A DNA stretch of 63,843 bases, counting the filler, from Perkinsus olseni (taxonomy: Eukaryota): the NCBI GenBank assembly GCA_013115125.1. It is 3 parts of 3 records of this genome, joined end to end, with 100 filler letters (N's around TTAATTAATTAA, not from the genome) between each part and the next. Parts side by side here need not be neighbours in the genome. Positions count along the whole stretch, not along the records: positions 45,287 to 63,843 come from JABANN010000612.1; 2 more parts are not named here. One strand, 5' to 3'. Made by a program: the position numbers and the translations under genes. Below are positions 62,701 to 63,843 of the stretch, one piece after another. The notes below the pieces were generated by a model. It was not told the origin of the DNA. It worked only from the letters and a program-made list of their open reading frames with translations, and ran no database searches. Position 1 is the first letter of the stretch; each line of letters starts with the position of its first letter.

Positions 62701-63101
62701 ATTTGCCCCACATGAAGCAACAAGAAACCAATGCTAACACCGAACAGATATCAAAAACTGCGTAGGATGGAAGTCACCGGAGAGGATATCCACGTGATGA
62801 GAGAAATGGGGGATCGAAACTATACGCGACGCATGCATTATGAGAAGAGAGTGTTCTCGACCGCTCACGACAAACACAGATAAATTCTAGACCGCTCAGG
62901 ATCAAGCATTCAAAATCATTCCAAGGCAGGAAAATCTCACATGATACCAGAGTCAACCTCAGATCCGCCCACCCGCAGTTCATGGGCGATAATATCGGCA
63001 ACTTCCCAGATGGCCTCAGGACCGCCCATGCTCGTTCCGCCGAATTTATGAACACTCCAGGCCCCATCCTGATCTGAGGAGGAAACTGACGCGATCAGCA
63101 T
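59739..63101 (-). CDS. Aspartate kinase, ThrA (AK-HSDH I)-type kinase plus two ACT domains, multi-exon
   Basis: VHKFGGTS, VVSAMSGVTN, GYGELWSA, TGFVA..PTTLKRNGSD, IWTDVDG, FGAKVLHPKT, MITQASSEHS and AIAQGSSERNI; stop at 59739. Confidence 0.93.
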
Positions 63102-63149
63102 TCTTCCTCCTGCTATGTAGATTCGCCCTTGGTGATTACAACGCGTCGA

Positions 63150-63700
63150 ATTTTCATGATGATACAAAACATTCACAAATGATTTACAATTGTATATGAT
63201 GAAAACAGGATTCCTGATACGTGAATAGTAGGTTAAATCAGGTTGACGAAAGTAAGTTATCCCAAAGCGTATTTTCCCTCCCTGTAGCATGCTAGCATGC
63301 CTCATTACTACCATCAGCCGATAAGATATCCCCTCTGCCGATGGCGGCTGGTAGTTGATCGTCTCCGGCCATATACACTGGAAAATGTAAAACTGAAGGG
63401 AGGCGAAAGTTGAGCATTTGGAACTCAAACGGGCGATGGTTAGTGGAAACTCGAGGTTCTTCCCACTGATGAAGTAATTCGAGAACTGGGCTGAGGGATC
63501 ATACTTGAACCTCTGGACTACTTCAATGAAGGGCAACAGTAGGCGACAGTCTGCAATTGCCTATCTGAAAAAGAAGTTGAGTTGTGCGCGAAGAAGGAAC
63601 CTCCAGGAGTCGTAGAATAATCGGCATCGAAATTTGACTGCAAAAGACACAGTCGAACGCGAGAACGAAGATGACGTCAAAGAAGATACCACAAGTACAG
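63150..63700 (-). CDS. 3' part of an unidentified gene
   Basis: Open frame with intron-like pyrimidine tracts upstream of the aspartate kinase; no recognised motif. Confidence 0.25.
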
Positions 63701-63843
63701 GAGGGCACGATCTGCGAAAAGAGTGGTATCAATTCTTGCACGCATCATGCGTGACGCATGCACATGGATGTGTGTAGAATGCTGGCCGTGAGAGACAGGA
63801 TCGGGCGTGCGCTACTCTGGATATCTGTGTAAAGATATCTAGC

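Overview
Gene-dense eukaryotic genomic scaffold (about 50% GC, many ~45-60 nt GT/GC-AG introns, three N-gaps). It is most consistent with the alveolate Perkinsus; this is an inference from intron style, gene families and a near-match to the Perkinsus spliced leader. Left to right: a DEK+HMG-box chromatin protein; two tandem multi-pass membrane paralogues; two intronless pepsin-family proteases (one with an in-frame TAG) flanking a Yop1/REEP gene; an RPA70-like OB-fold region that appears to splice into a USP deubiquitinase; a ~14 kb FN3/Cys-repeat/multi-TM receptor of the CRMP type; a secreted protein; a helical-repeat (OPR/RAP-like) protein; an amino-acid permease; a Harbinger-like MITE; a secreted-protein gene and its pseudogene; a second helical-repeat gene; a tRNA-Arg cluster including an anticodon-shifted copy; and a ThrA-type aspartate kinase lacking the HSDH domain. 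The most unusual signals are the OB-fold/USP architecture, recurrent chains of palindromes with 1-nt spacers (one caught as an insertion), and a spliced-leader relic. Exon structures were read by eye, so boundaries of multi-exon genes are approximate.
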